This document shows, one piece after another, positions 39,107 through 51,401 of a DNA stretch of 64,000 nt. The stretch is from Eledone cirrhosa (taxonomy: Eukaryota). The translations under genes were made by a program, and so were the position numbers. The number at the start of each line of letters is the position of its first letter. The first letter of the stretch is position 1. The notes under the pieces were generated by a model, which did not search any database, was not told where the DNA came from, and saw only the letters and a program-made list of their open reading frames with translations. The DNA lies in the NCBI GenBank assembly GCA_964016885.1, contig OZ024740.1, positions 196,292,001 to 196,356,000 on the forward strand. Direction: 5' to 3'.

Positions 39107-41412
39107 CATCATCATCATCATCATCATCATCAACGTTTAACGTCCGTGTTCCACGCTTGCATGGGTTTGGACGGGGGTAGTCCCACTTGAGGCAAGAGTG
39201 ATTGTCTTGCTCGCATAGGACTGTCTGGCAGGTTTTCTACAGTTGGATGCCCTTCCTAACACCAAACACATTTACAGTGTGGGTCTGGGAGGTTTTTACC
39301 GTGTTGCCTACACGGCCACATTACAGCGTGGACTGTGTGTTTTTTTGTCGTGACACCTACACGATCTCATTTGTTTCGGCCTGGATGTTGTGGCACCAAC
39401 ATAACTTTACATAGAACGGGGTGGTGTGGATGGGGTGGGGTGGTGATGGTGGGACGGGGTGTATTTTGTTAGAGATGCCTACTGGCTGTAGTAGGTTTTA
39501 CTATGTATTTAGGTAAGGCGGGTCTTCTCTGTTACTGAGTACCGCCAAAGGTCTCGGTCCAGTGACATTGTCTTGGAGAGGTGTAAGTGTGTGAGGTCGG
39601 AGTTTATCAGCTCATCCCATGTTTTTCTAGGTCTGCCTATTCCGTGGCTACCGTCTATCTTTATTGCCCTGCACTTTGTTATACAGCTATCGTCTTTCAT
39701 GCGCATCACGTGTCCATACCAACGTAGCCTTCTCTCGAGTAAACAACATCTGATCCCTCTTATCTCTAATTTTTTCCTTAGTTCGTTTATGCTTTGCCGT
39801 TCACGTATATTACTGTTACACATCCAGCGGAGCATGCAAGCTTCGTTCCTCTCTAGTCTGCGTATATCCTCTGCACACAATGCCCAGGTCTCACTACCAT
39901 GCAACATTGCTGTTCGTATGCAGGCATCGTACAACCTGCCTTTCATTTTTAGGGAGAACCCTTTAGCAGCTAATAGTGGTATAAGCTCTCTGAACTTTTT
40001 CCAACCAGTTCTGACTCTAACTACAGTACTTTCAGAGCACCCTCCCCCACTGCTGATTTTATCGCCCAGGTAACGGAAGCTGTCCACTATTTCTATAGAA
40101 CCCTCTGCGCAATTGAAAGAGCTAGTATTTTGTGGGCACTTGCTGCTACTTATTGCACCAGAACACCGGCCACATGTAAAATCTATGTTCTTAGTTAGCT
40201 TACCTGTGATCCCACTACATCTTTTATGCACCCATACTTTGCATTTAGGACATAAAATGGAGTTTCTACCTACGCCTTTCCTACACACCGAGCACGACCA
40301 TTTCCCAGAAGGGACCGCCGCCTTGTTTTCTTTCCTACAAACTAGAACTTTGGTCTTAGCCAGGTTAATTTTAAGTCCTTTTGACTGTAGGCCGTGCTTC
40401 TATGTTTGGAATTTCTTCTCTAGCTCGGCCATTGATTCCGCTATGAGTGTCAGGTCGTCTGCGTATAGGAGTTCCCATGGGCAGCCTGTCTTGAACTCCT
40501 CTGTTATAGCCTGAAGGGCAATAATAAATAGTAGGGGGCTGAGAACAGAGCCCTGATGGACGCCAACTTTTACGCTAAACTCTTCACTATATTCGTTGTT
40601 AATTCTAACCTTGCTGACTGTTTCTTTATACATGGCTTGTATAGCCCTCACAAGCCATTCGTCAACGCCTAGTTTTCTAAGAGCCCACCAGATAATGGAG
40701 CGGGGGACTCTGTCGAAGGCTTTCTCCAGGTCGACAAAAGCTAAGTAGAGGGGTCTACCTTTAGCTAGGTACTTCTCCTGTAGTTGTCGTACTATGAAAA
40801 GGGCGTCTGTGGTGCTTTTGCCTGACACAAACCCGAACTGCATTTCATCTAGGTCAATTCTCTCTCTGATTAGTTGCGCTATTACTTTTTCCGTGATCTT
40901 CATGACCTGGTCGATTAATTTAATGCCTCTATAGTTACTCCTATCTAGGGCGTCTCCTTTACCCTTATAACAGTTAACGATGATGCTGCTATGCCAGTCC
41001 TTCGGAACAACCCCATTCTGTACGACTTGGTTAACTATGCGGGTGACCATGGTGTGTCCCACCGTGCCAGATGCCTTCAGCATCTCAGCAACTATTTCCG
41101 AAGGCCCAGCCGCCTTACCCGTCTTCATATCCTTGATTGCCTTACTTATTATACTCCCCTCGACTAACACTGCTGGTCCCTCTATCGGGTCGATATGGGG
41201 GAGACTGTCTTTCTCCCATTTATTCTCCTCATTTAGTAGCCTTTCATAGTGACACTTCCAAGCTACCTTCTTATCAGTGTCGGTGATGGCAAGTATGCCA
41301 TCATCGTTAAGTACACACTTCTCCCCGACAATATCACGGTTTTCCTTGACGCATTGCCTGGCAATCCTGAACACCTCACGTTTTTGGTCATCGCGTTGTA
41401 GAACATGCTTGA
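39107..41412 (-). mobile_element. Young 5'-truncated RTE LINE with TSD
   Basis: ORFs 41374-40400 and 40288-39509 are one frame broken by a single TAG; RT motifs FVDLEKAFD, GVHQGSVLSP, YADD; TSD ACTGTGAAT at 39098-39106 and 41413-41421; (GAT)n tail. Confidence 0.96.
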
Positions 41413-41869
41413 ACTGTGAATGGTTGATTTAATCTGTTGACTAGTTTAACATCAACTAGTTCTTGGTTGCTGTTAGCAGAGAGCTATTGCAAGTATTTGG
41501 AACACATTTCCAGCCTTATGATAACCCACCAGCCAAGGTTTCTTCCTCTCATCCCTCAATAGACACAAAGTCCCAGCAAAAGGGATCATGAGTGTTGCCT
41601 TTCCCTTGCTGATTAAGGCCAGCCTTCAAATAAATAAATATTGTTTCTACTTTTGGCACAAGGCCAGCAATTATCCCAGTGCATTACTGGTGCTTTATTT
41701 TATCAACCCTGTAAGGATGAAAGGCAAAGTTAACCCCAGCGGGATTTGAACTCAGATAGTAAAAAGCCGTAACTCTATGCTGCAAATCATGGCGTCTGAC
41801 CCTCTATCGATACTGCCAATCCACCACCAAATAAATAAATAACGAAGCAAAATACTAGAATATATATCC

Positions 41870-42402
41870 TGTTGCATGTTGAGTAACATTACTCCAAAGA
41901 CCCTTCGGAGGAACTCCATTTTGGCCGCTTATATTTGTGATTACCCAAGATTCATGAGGGTTGGCATGAATACTGGCATGAGTTTGTCTTTTGCACCTAC
42001 CTACCTTCTAATGATCGAATACTGTAGATGGTGCATTACTGCACCAACTCCAGCAAATCTTGTATTTAATTCAGCCTCCTGCCTTCTTCCATTACTCGTG
42101 AAAACGGCCCCAAATTCTTGTACTTCTCCATCAGCTTAAGTGGAACTCCACTCACATGTAGTGTACTGCATAGGTTTCCTTGTGAGGATGAGTGTCTCAG
42201 TCTTTACAGCACCTACTCTTATTCCTGTGGTGCAGTACTCGGTAGCAGACCTAACATAAAAACTAGGGCATTCATATAAAAACTCCAGGGCAACAAGCAG
42301 TCCTTTGACTCCATACTTCTGCAGAACCTTCCACAACAGGTCCCATGGAATATGGTTGCATGCTTTTTCAAAGTCTACGAAACAAGCATACAATTGAAAC
42401 AT
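41870..42402 (-). mobile_element. Old LINE RT fragment (RTE-like, different family)
   Basis: LYACFVDFEKAC..IPWDLLWKVLQKYGVKG. Confidence 0.7.
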
Positions 42403-42559
42403 ACCAATAACACTATAGCATGATATTCAATTTTATATCCAAATTGAGAGATCACAGCCCCAATATTACTGGCATGTGATTAGAATGTCTCAGGAAAGAA
42501 TTGCTGGACTGATTTTATGGGCAAAACCAACGAGCAAGTGACCCGGGGGTAAAGAAGGA

Positions 42560-42702
42560 AAAATGGGGGGAGAAGGAGGAGGTGGAGGATGTGTAGGAGA
42601 AGGAGGAGGTGGAGGTGAAGGAGAGGAGGAAGAAAGAAGGAGGAGATGGTGGAGGAGGAAGAAGGAAGTGGAGGTGGAGGTGGATGAAAAAGAGGAAGAA
42701 GC
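42560..42702. repeat. (GGA)n-like purine tract
   Basis: Degenerate GGA/GAA repeats. Confidence 0.9.
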
Positions 42703-44761
42703 TGTGATAAGTGTGTGTATGAGAATAAGGAAATCTCAAACACATGTTACTAACTCCAGGTTCAATTGAGCAGGTTGACGATTAATGAGTTCCAACTATG
42801 ATCATCTCAGTCTATCTAGAACTACATTATTCAATATCTGTTCCCATTCACTTCTTAATACGGTTGGATGTACTTTTTTTACTATTATATATAAATTAAT
42901 TTATTTTATATATAAATAAAATTGCAAATAATAAAAAAAAGAAAAGGGAAAGAAAAAAACACAAGCAGGTATACACGCATCTAGGATCACATACAACAAA
43001 AGGCAAGCGAAAGGGTGAATAAACAAACCGCTGTCTGAGTAAAAGATAATATATCGCGAGGAGCACTGGGAAACACCTCTAATAATTTTTGAGGCAAGCC
43101 AGCACGTTCGTAGAGTAACCTCGGGTGATGCCGAGGCTGATGCGCTGGAATAGCCGAGCGCTCTCATGAGCTCACTAGTTACCTCTGTTAGGCGAGCCGA
43201 CAGTAAAGATGTACTTGAAGGGAGATTCGGTTGTTATTTTTTGCAAATCGAGCGACCATATATATATAACCATCTACACTAGAGACCCCCAGCCTTTTTG
43301 CATGAAAATTCCAAGTTTAGATTAGGGCCACATATTAGAATCATCCATACTATCGAAAAGAGCTCACGTTTTTATGACGACAGACTTAAAATTACCGCGT
43401 TTTCAATCAAAACTTGTTAGACACACATGTTTTTCCCCCCGAGAATATTTTGAAGTCTGACGAGTTATCTATAAGTTGAAGGACATAGGGAAACACACAC
43501 ACACGTTTTGGTCACCTTTTTTTTTAGTTGCGTTGCCTGTATGTTGAATTTTTTTCCACACACATATACATATGAAGTGTGACGAACAGAGAAACAGGTT
43601 TCCTTCTATAATATAGATTGCTGCTGCTGCTACTACTACTACGCTAAGTAGTTTGAATTTATATAAAAATTGGCGCAAATATTTGAAACGTAGCAAAAAA
43701 GTCTTGTAATGCAGTTGCTGGCTATGTGCAGTCTGCTGGATTAGAGCATAATTCTTATCTTGTTCTGAAGACCACACTGAACATCCGCAAGGGCTGCATG
43801 CAGCCCTAGAGCCACAGGTTGGGGATCCCTGATCCGCACACACAAAGGAACACATGTAAATATCGTATATATCATTATAATAAAACACAATCACCACGAA
43901 CGGGATAACCACTTCGTGCATCTACGAAGCTGTAAGTTCCAATAGCTAATAATGTTAGTGTTAGAAAGGAAACATTAAAATGGTTGTTTTTGTTGTCAAC
44001 AAATAATTATAACTCCTTGTGGAGTCGTAGTGGCACCGTCATACGGCGTGTCCAGGGCACATTTAAACCTGGCGGAGCCCAACCCTCTCCAGGTCTAAAC
44101 ACAATCGAATTTTCAATTATCTTTTCGCTATCTTCCATGATATGTTTGGGTTCAACGTAACCCTGTTATGTAATTCTGTCGAAGTTACCTGATAAGATCG
44201 TCCTGTCTTGCATCTCTACCTACTTATCTATCTAGCTACTTGCCTGTTTGACTGTCTTTTTATAGCAATCTATTTATGTATATTTACCAATGTATCCATC
44301 TTCGAACATGAAAAACAACAAAGTACGAATTCCAATAGCAGTCAGAATACAGACAGATACATAAATAGAAAAGGGCAGTGCAATTTAATGGATATATGTT
44401 TGAAAATAATTATAGAAAATATGGAAGAAAATTATTGCAAATGCTTTAAATGAATGTAAAATGAAATAGAACGATAACCGGAGTGTCAAAGGATTCAAGC
44501 ATTTTTATGTAGAAGATTGCAATAAAGGAATTATTAAACTAAATATTTTTTTTATTACAAACCCCGTCATATTATGCGAATATATATATATATATATATT
44601 CCGACGAGATTTTGATTCCAAAGTCGGGCTAGATCGATACAGCTCAAACCTTGAGCTGATCAATAGCGAAACGCACGCCACTACTCAATAAACGTAATGA
44701 AGACATAACAAATCGTCCTTTTTATTATTATTATTATTATTATAATATATATATATATATA

Positions 44762-44950
44762 TAGTTTTCGAATTCGTTTTGCAAGATTTCTTATCTGAAA
44801 ACGTGTGTTGAAAAATATGTTATACTTTGGGAAGGTCATGATCCCAAAAATATACGCACCTGTTGGTGTAGGACAGAACAAAGGAGAGACACAAAATAAG
44901 AAATCAGTCACTGAGGAGGTCACAATGTGTAACGAAAGAGTTTTGACAAT
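44762..44950 (+). mobile_element. Solo Penelope pLTR relic with inverted tail and hammerhead motif
   Basis: 44762-44842 is an inverted copy of the MT.PKYN..FNTRFQI.NLAK tail; 44868-44947 matches 3200-3290, including GTCA-CTGAGGA-G-GTCAC..GTAAC-GAAA-GAGTTT-TGAC. Confidence 0.72.
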
Positions 44951-45449
44951 ACATGTACGTACGTTTCGTTAGCCCCGAGGACCAACTTGTTCAACCTGTG
45001 CCGATGAAAATGAATATTTATATTACTCCCCCCCACATTAATAATAGATAAACAAAACAGGTTGTGCAGTATAAAGAAATCGAAGATGTTAAGTAACTTG
45101 AATCATAAGAAAACACCATTTCCCCAATACAATTTGCTTATATTTCGCCTTTCTTCTTTCTATCAAACACTCGCATGCAACTAAGAAATAAATGCAACAC
45201 GATACAATGAAAATAAATTAAAAGCATGGTGTTTTTTTCAAGCGGCAAACTGCCTCTTATCCACGAACAGATGGTAGTAACTGCTGTAGCAAAGTTATCG
45301 AATGTATATATAAAAAAAAAAAATAAAAGGTATTATTAACACATCCACTAACACTGAATGGTCGTTAGGTACAAAACATTTTGTGAAAAAGTTAAAAACG
45401 AAATTGAAAGATCAGGTGAAGTTTATATTTTTATTATGAGAGAATAGGG

Positions 45450-45608
45450 GGAGATAGATAGATAGATAGAGATTAGGGGGGTGGGGGAAGATGAGGTGGA
45501 AGGGAAAGGAATGGAGAAAGAGAGAGATGAGGGATGAAGGGAGAGATAGATGAGAGAGAAAGGAATGAAAAAAGAGAGGAGACAGAGAAGAGAGAAGGAG
45601 AGGGAAGG

Positions 45609-45645
<37 letters not shown>

Positions 45646-45670
45646 TGAGGGGAAAGGGAATGGAGAGATT
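45450..45670. repeat. (GATA)n/(GA)n purine-rich tract
   Basis: Visible low complexity. Confidence 0.9.
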
Positions 45671-47938
45671 GGTGAATGCCAAAATAAATCAAGTAATTTT
45701 AAACGTTTCGCCATTTATAGCCCCTTCCTCCACTTTCCAGAGTTTTAATATTCATTTAATATACGTACATTTTATTCTGTTATCTGTTATACATAAACAT
45801 GTTTTACAAAAACAAGTTATACAATGATGGGAATATGAAAAAATGAGATTAAAACAAAATTAAGTAATGAAAGAAGGGGGAGGGGTAAAGATGGGCAGAT
45901 CTGACTGTATATAAATAAGAGGAAGAGGAGGGAAAATGCAAGGATTATTAAGCCACGGAAGAAAAGTAGGAGGATTGGAGAGGGTGACAGGTTCTATGTT
46001 TAAGGCGTTTCGGCTGCGTCCCGCAAAGGTATTTCCACGGACAAGGGATAGCGACACCCGCTGCAACAGCTACTCCACCTCGCGGGGCGCCTTCCTCAGA
46101 CGGACTGTGACGTTCCGAAATTACGGAGGAGCTCGGCAGTACGGGTGTCCCCACAAATTTGTGCTGAAGTTAGAATTCGTTGAATATGCATTTTTACTTG
46201 AATTTAAATATCGCAAAAGTTAAATTTGCCGCGACAGCAAAATAAGTAGCAGTGAAGTACTGAGTTTAATTGGATCAACTGTTTTTGCTGCTTCAGAATA
46301 GATAAAGCGAAAAAAACTTTTCACTGTATTTAGTCTCGGATGAGCTGAGTACTCGATAGTAAAAACAAAACAAAACAAATAAAAACAAAACTGTTATTAT
46401 CGACTTCTACTTTGTCAATCACGCAATGATGACAGGAAAAACACCTACAAGGGATCAAACTAGAAATTATAAGCAGCACTGTCATATCACCGAAGTCGGG
46501 ATTAGTTTGTGCCTCTTGCTTGTGTCACATCCTAGGTAATAAGGTTGATTGTCCTCATCATTTAGGCTTCTTAAGGTTAGTTTGTCAACTGGAATGACAT
46601 TGTAAGTGAGGTGAAAGATCGATATAATTGATCTAAGTGCACTACTAGTGTAACTTATTAAACTTTGCCTTCGGAGTTGTATGAACTCTGAAAAAAGAAA
46701 ACACTCAGAAAAGTCGGTTAATCTCCGAATTGAGAGATGGAATTGAAAGGGAGAAATTGAAATACTTTAAAATGCACGTTAGTCTTGTTCATCGTCACCT
46801 TTCTTAAAATTGAAAACAAATGTTTTGAAAGTTTTCAATTTTATATGTTGGTTTGCCTCAAAAGATATTACAGGGAAACTTCAATGCATGCTTGTTGAGG
46901 CGTGTAACTGGGCGTACCTGTCTTATATCACTTGTTTTCCTTTTAATATAAATGATGTATTTATACGCATAATTATGTGAAATAAATATATAGTATATAC
47001 TCCTCCTGTTAACCTAGTTGTGTGAACCAACCAGGGAGGGTAAATCGTGCATGTCTGTGTGGGTGTAGTGATGCTGTTTTGCAGGTAGCAGATGTTATAA
47101 GTTGCCGCTAAAAAGTCAGACGGACTCTTGAGTAACTTAAGGGACTTACGTACATTCCTTTTCTTCCCTTCCATGGTATTTTTTCTTGAAACATCGCAAC
47201 GGAAAGAAAAATTAAAAGGAGCTAAAACTAGTAAGTTTGCTTCAGAGCATTTTTATATTACTTTCTTTGTTGTTTGTTTTTAACAACCATTCAAAACTGT
47301 CATAGAAATGTTAGATATTTTAGTTTCTAATATATTATAAACACAACTTGCTTTTCCTTACGAATCAACAGAAGGTTATAAAAACATTTAGATACTACAA
47401 ATTGTTTCTAGTACATAGCTTTCTATTAATTTTTTCTAAAAAGCTTTCATACCTTCAATTCAAACTTTTATCTAATTGCGAATGATCATTTTCAAAATGT
47501 AATAAGAGTAATTAATACAAATTAATAAAAGGATTAAATTAATGTGCATAATCATATTTATAAAAAATAGTAAGAATAAAAACTGATTTCAACAAGAATC
47601 GCCACAATTTTTTTATTTTTTTATTGTTAAACCCCAGAACAATCTTGATCAAGCAGGCCTTTCATCAAAGGCGTTCTAGCTCCGATCACATCTATTTTCC
47701 CCAGACATCATGCATTATTCAATGCAGCCGTTAGAGAGTGGTTTAGGGAAATTTCGCTGCTATTTCTAGTGGTCATTTAGAAACTTCTTTATTGGTTCCT
47801 AAAATCAGCTTATATATTCTAATTGTAAGAATCCATTAAATAAATATCTTGGAATTATTTAATTATATTCCTTAATTTCACACTTTTTCAATATTAATGC
47901 TAAAACAATTCTTCCACCGATAATTGTGTCTTCAAATC

Positions 47939-48133
47939 CAGACCTGTCAACTCTCCCTGTCCGACGGGGAGATCTCCCACCCACTTTAGGGTGGGTGAGA
48001 GATGTCTTCTCTTGTGAAAATGGATATAGCTTTCATTATGTAAAATCTCCCTATTTTGCCTAATTTCTCCCAGTTTTGGGGCACTTTTTTTCATGGTACT
48101 CCCAGTTTGGGTTTTTAGAGGTTGGCAGGTCTG
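47939..48133. mobile_element. MITE with CAGACCTG(T/C)CAA termini
   Basis: TIRs CAGACCTGTCAAC / GTTGGCAGGTCTG; homologous copy at 54450-54646; TSD unclear. Confidence 0.72.
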
Positions 48134-48149
48134 TCACATCTATTAATGA

Positions 48150-48535
48150 AGGTTAAGAGTCAGTCCGCCTCGTCCCGGCGGACAAGATGAAGTCATTAGC
48201 CCGGAGAATAGCGAGGAAGACGCACTTGCGAGTAACCAACTCCGCTCATATAGTATGAGAAGGGATGTGGGGCCAAGAACGCCAGAAGGCTCGACTACAA
48301 ACCTGTTAAAGAGCGGCCGATACTTTGACAATTTGCCCTCTTCGGCATGGAGGGCAGTGAAATCTTGGCTGGTAGCCGAACGCACCAAGTTGCTGCAACA
48401 TGTGGCATCCCAGATGAGGGCCTAACTCGGCGGAGCGGGAAGATTGCCATGCTGTCTGGCCCTTTGCCGTCCCCTCGGTCCAGCCCCGCTGGTTCAAGCT
48501 GGGAAGAGAAGCCTGCGGCACCTAGGCCATGCTTA
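48150..48535 (-). mobile_element. Degraded fragment of CRE-like retrotransposon endonuclease region
   Basis: LEPAGLDRGDGKGPDS...WDATC...AEEGKLSKYRPL..RFVVEP; homologous to about 51430-51840. A third fragment lies near 57570-57890. Confidence 0.8.
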
Positions 48536-50545
48536 ATTTATGGACACTTTGTTACGGATGTCTGCAACTGCCTGAAAGAGAACTCGAAAGTTTTAAATGT
48601 CCTGTCGTATTTCTTCAGGCCCTTTGCACCCCATGTTTGCTTTTATCATTTCGGGGGTCAATAAATAAAGTACTAGTCCAAGGTAAGACAATTGGTACAA
48701 TAGTTAGTGTTGGAGGGGATGCCTCGAGGTAATTGTTTTGACTCAAACTCTGTTTCTTCTCATTGGAAAACTATGAGAGATTAGAACTGGGTTCCCTGTC
48801 ATTACAATACAGAAGAAACCTCAAATGAGATGTAATTTTATAAGAAGCCAGCTAAACCTACACTGGTCTAGGGCAGTAGATTAGCAGAATTGTTAGAGAC
48901 GAGATGCCTTGCGGTATTTGTTCCGGCTCTTTGCATTGAGTTCAAACCCAGCTCTCGTCTACTTCGGTAGTAGACTTAAGCTATTGCCTGCTTTAAAACC
49001 ATCTGTTTCACGAGTGCCTTTGTTGCAAACATTCGGACTAAGTCTCCGGTTTAAGAACCCCTTACTTTCCCCCTTCCTTTCACCGTTCTTAGATGCCATG
49101 AAAAGTCGTGAACACTGGTTTTTTTTTTCACTGACTAAACAGTAAAAACGAATAAACAAAAAATACAACAATGTGCAAGCAAGTTATTACATTTGTAAAA
49201 TATGTATCTCTATTGAAAAATATTGTATTCTGCCAAAAATACTGATTTCTAGCTAAGTCACAGATATCGGTTGATGTTACAACAGCTAAGAAACCTGTGA
49301 GATGCAACCTCATTACAGGCTGATGAAAGCTGTGCAGGTATGAGCTATGACAACAATAGAGAGTTTGTTGTACCCTTGACACAGCTGACGAGTCCTCCTG
49401 AACCTCCTCTCACTTTTGCATGGTTGCTACAGCTGGCTGTCCTTCCTGTCATCAACCACCTTACAGAATGTACTGTGTGCATTTTTCGTGGAACCAATAC
49501 TAGAGAGATTGTCATGTCGTGACTGGAGGATCCTCTCAATCCTTTTTATTATGGCTCCTACGGCTGGAAGCTCTTCCCAACACCAACCACTTTACAGAGT
49601 ATGCTAGGTGTGTTTTATCATGGCACTAGCACTAAGAAGGTTGTCGGTCATGGACTCGACAGAAGCGCCCTTTCTCCGTTATGGGGGTAGTAGAGTGAGA
49701 ATAGTATGAGGGAAATACGAAGGATAAGTATATCGTGTGTGACAAGGTCGATGTTGTGAGTGTAAGACATGGTAGAGTTTGACGGTGATGACTGGGAAGG
49801 GTGAGTGATTCTGGTTAGACTACAGTGATGATGAGATAGTTGGGTTGGGCGGAGTGGGGTTATGGGTCAGGTCATGTCTTTTATGTTAGTAGGCGGGTCT
49901 TCACAAGTACAGCATGTCACCTATCCCCACGGTCATTTGTCATCACTGTAGTGAGATTCAACTTCCTAAGGTCGGCCTTCACTTGTTCACCCCCTTGTCT
50001 TCTTAGGTTTATTTCTTCTACGAGTCCCATCCACTGAGATTTCTCTGCACACACACGTGTATGAATATCTAAATATCGGCAGGACATCCGGAGTGGTAAC
50101 CCGTCCTCGGTGGCCCGACAGATACATATTCATCACTAATAATTTCTTTTCTATGTGATACATGCACTGACAAACTACATACATATACACTGTTAATACA
50201 GACACGCTTAGACACCATCACGAACAATATATAGACCATTTCAAGAATATATACGTGGATAGATACAAAATATTGTCGAGCTCTTATAATATCTGTCTGT
50301 ATGCCTGGCTGTCTGCATTACGCCATTCTGACGAACATTGATGACGTATTATGTTCGCTATTTTCCGTTCATTGCCAGGGAACGCCTTCACGAACCAAAG
50401 TATCGTCTTCCTGTTTTCCTTCGGTTGCAACGTTTTTCGAAACATTTACTTCTGCGTTCACAGATTGATTTTTTTAGTTTCAGAAGATGCCGTTAAGGGT
50501 GAAAGCAGCGATTCTTTGCTTAAACTTTAATCTGTTATTTTAAAA

Positions 50546-51249
50546 TATATAATATAAGCGAGGCAAGCCAGCTCAGTTGCACTTCTTGCCAATAAACATT
50601 AACCCTTTGTGCGCCATTCATCTAACTGTAGACCAACAAATACCAACTAAACGGAGCATTAACAAGAACGATGGCGAATGAATCTTCGAGGTAAGCAGTT
50701 TCCTCCCGAGCTGTTAGTTCACGCGAGATTCTCTGCTATGCCTTTCCGTAATAATACCGAACAACGTACTGCTGGTCACTCCTTCACCCAAAAGCTGTAC
50801 AAAGCGGACATGTGCATCGGGTAGATGGATCGGGTGCAAATCTACACCAGGCCTATGCGAGAAATTCGCAAGGGACTGCACCGACAGGGATAGAGAGAAA
50901 GAGTAACTTAGTGGAAAGAGTGCAAATGAACTTTTGAGGTAAGTAGCCTACGCCTTACTGCTATGACACTGGAACCTTCTGCCAACTTAACCTGTGACTT
51001 TCTCTTTCACATTTACTTCAAAAGGCCAAAACAGAGGAGTATGAAAAGAAGAGGCTCAACAATATGTCTATGAACAATGCACGTAGACGGCTAAACTGTA
51101 CTTTCAACTTCTTCATTTTCTCCAAATAAAACAAGTTTCCTGTCAGTATATTTTTGTGAGTTTTTAGCAGGCACTCACAAATAAACGTTTCTCATTGGGG
51201 GTGCTATTACCAATGTTCTTATCCGTGCAATGCCGGGATACACTGCTAG
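50546..51249 (+). mobile_element. Probable non-autonomous Helitron (5' boundary uncertain)
   Basis: 3' end CCGTGCAATGCCGG...CTAG|T resembles the terminus at 7008-7040. Confidence 0.5.
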
Positions 51250-51401
51250 TATATATATATTTTTAACGCTAAATTATTAATAACAATATACCGTATTTGC
51301 TGGTCCCTTCTTTTTTTTTTAAAATTATACTTTACGTTATATTTTGACGTTTAGGTGAACAACTAAATAGGTTTATTTAAAATAGTTTATAACTTTGTCT
51401 A

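Noticed and set aside
46923-47174. ORF containing KSLKLLKS, like an RMC1 N-terminal peptide
   Set aside because: Similarity is limited to a few residues; flanks do not match and no fitting splice sites were seen.
50478-50512. CAGAAGA-T-GCC(gttaag)GGT-GAAA hammerhead-like string
   Set aside because: Core is CAG in both duplicate copies, stem II is broken in the second, and there is no stem I or NUH.
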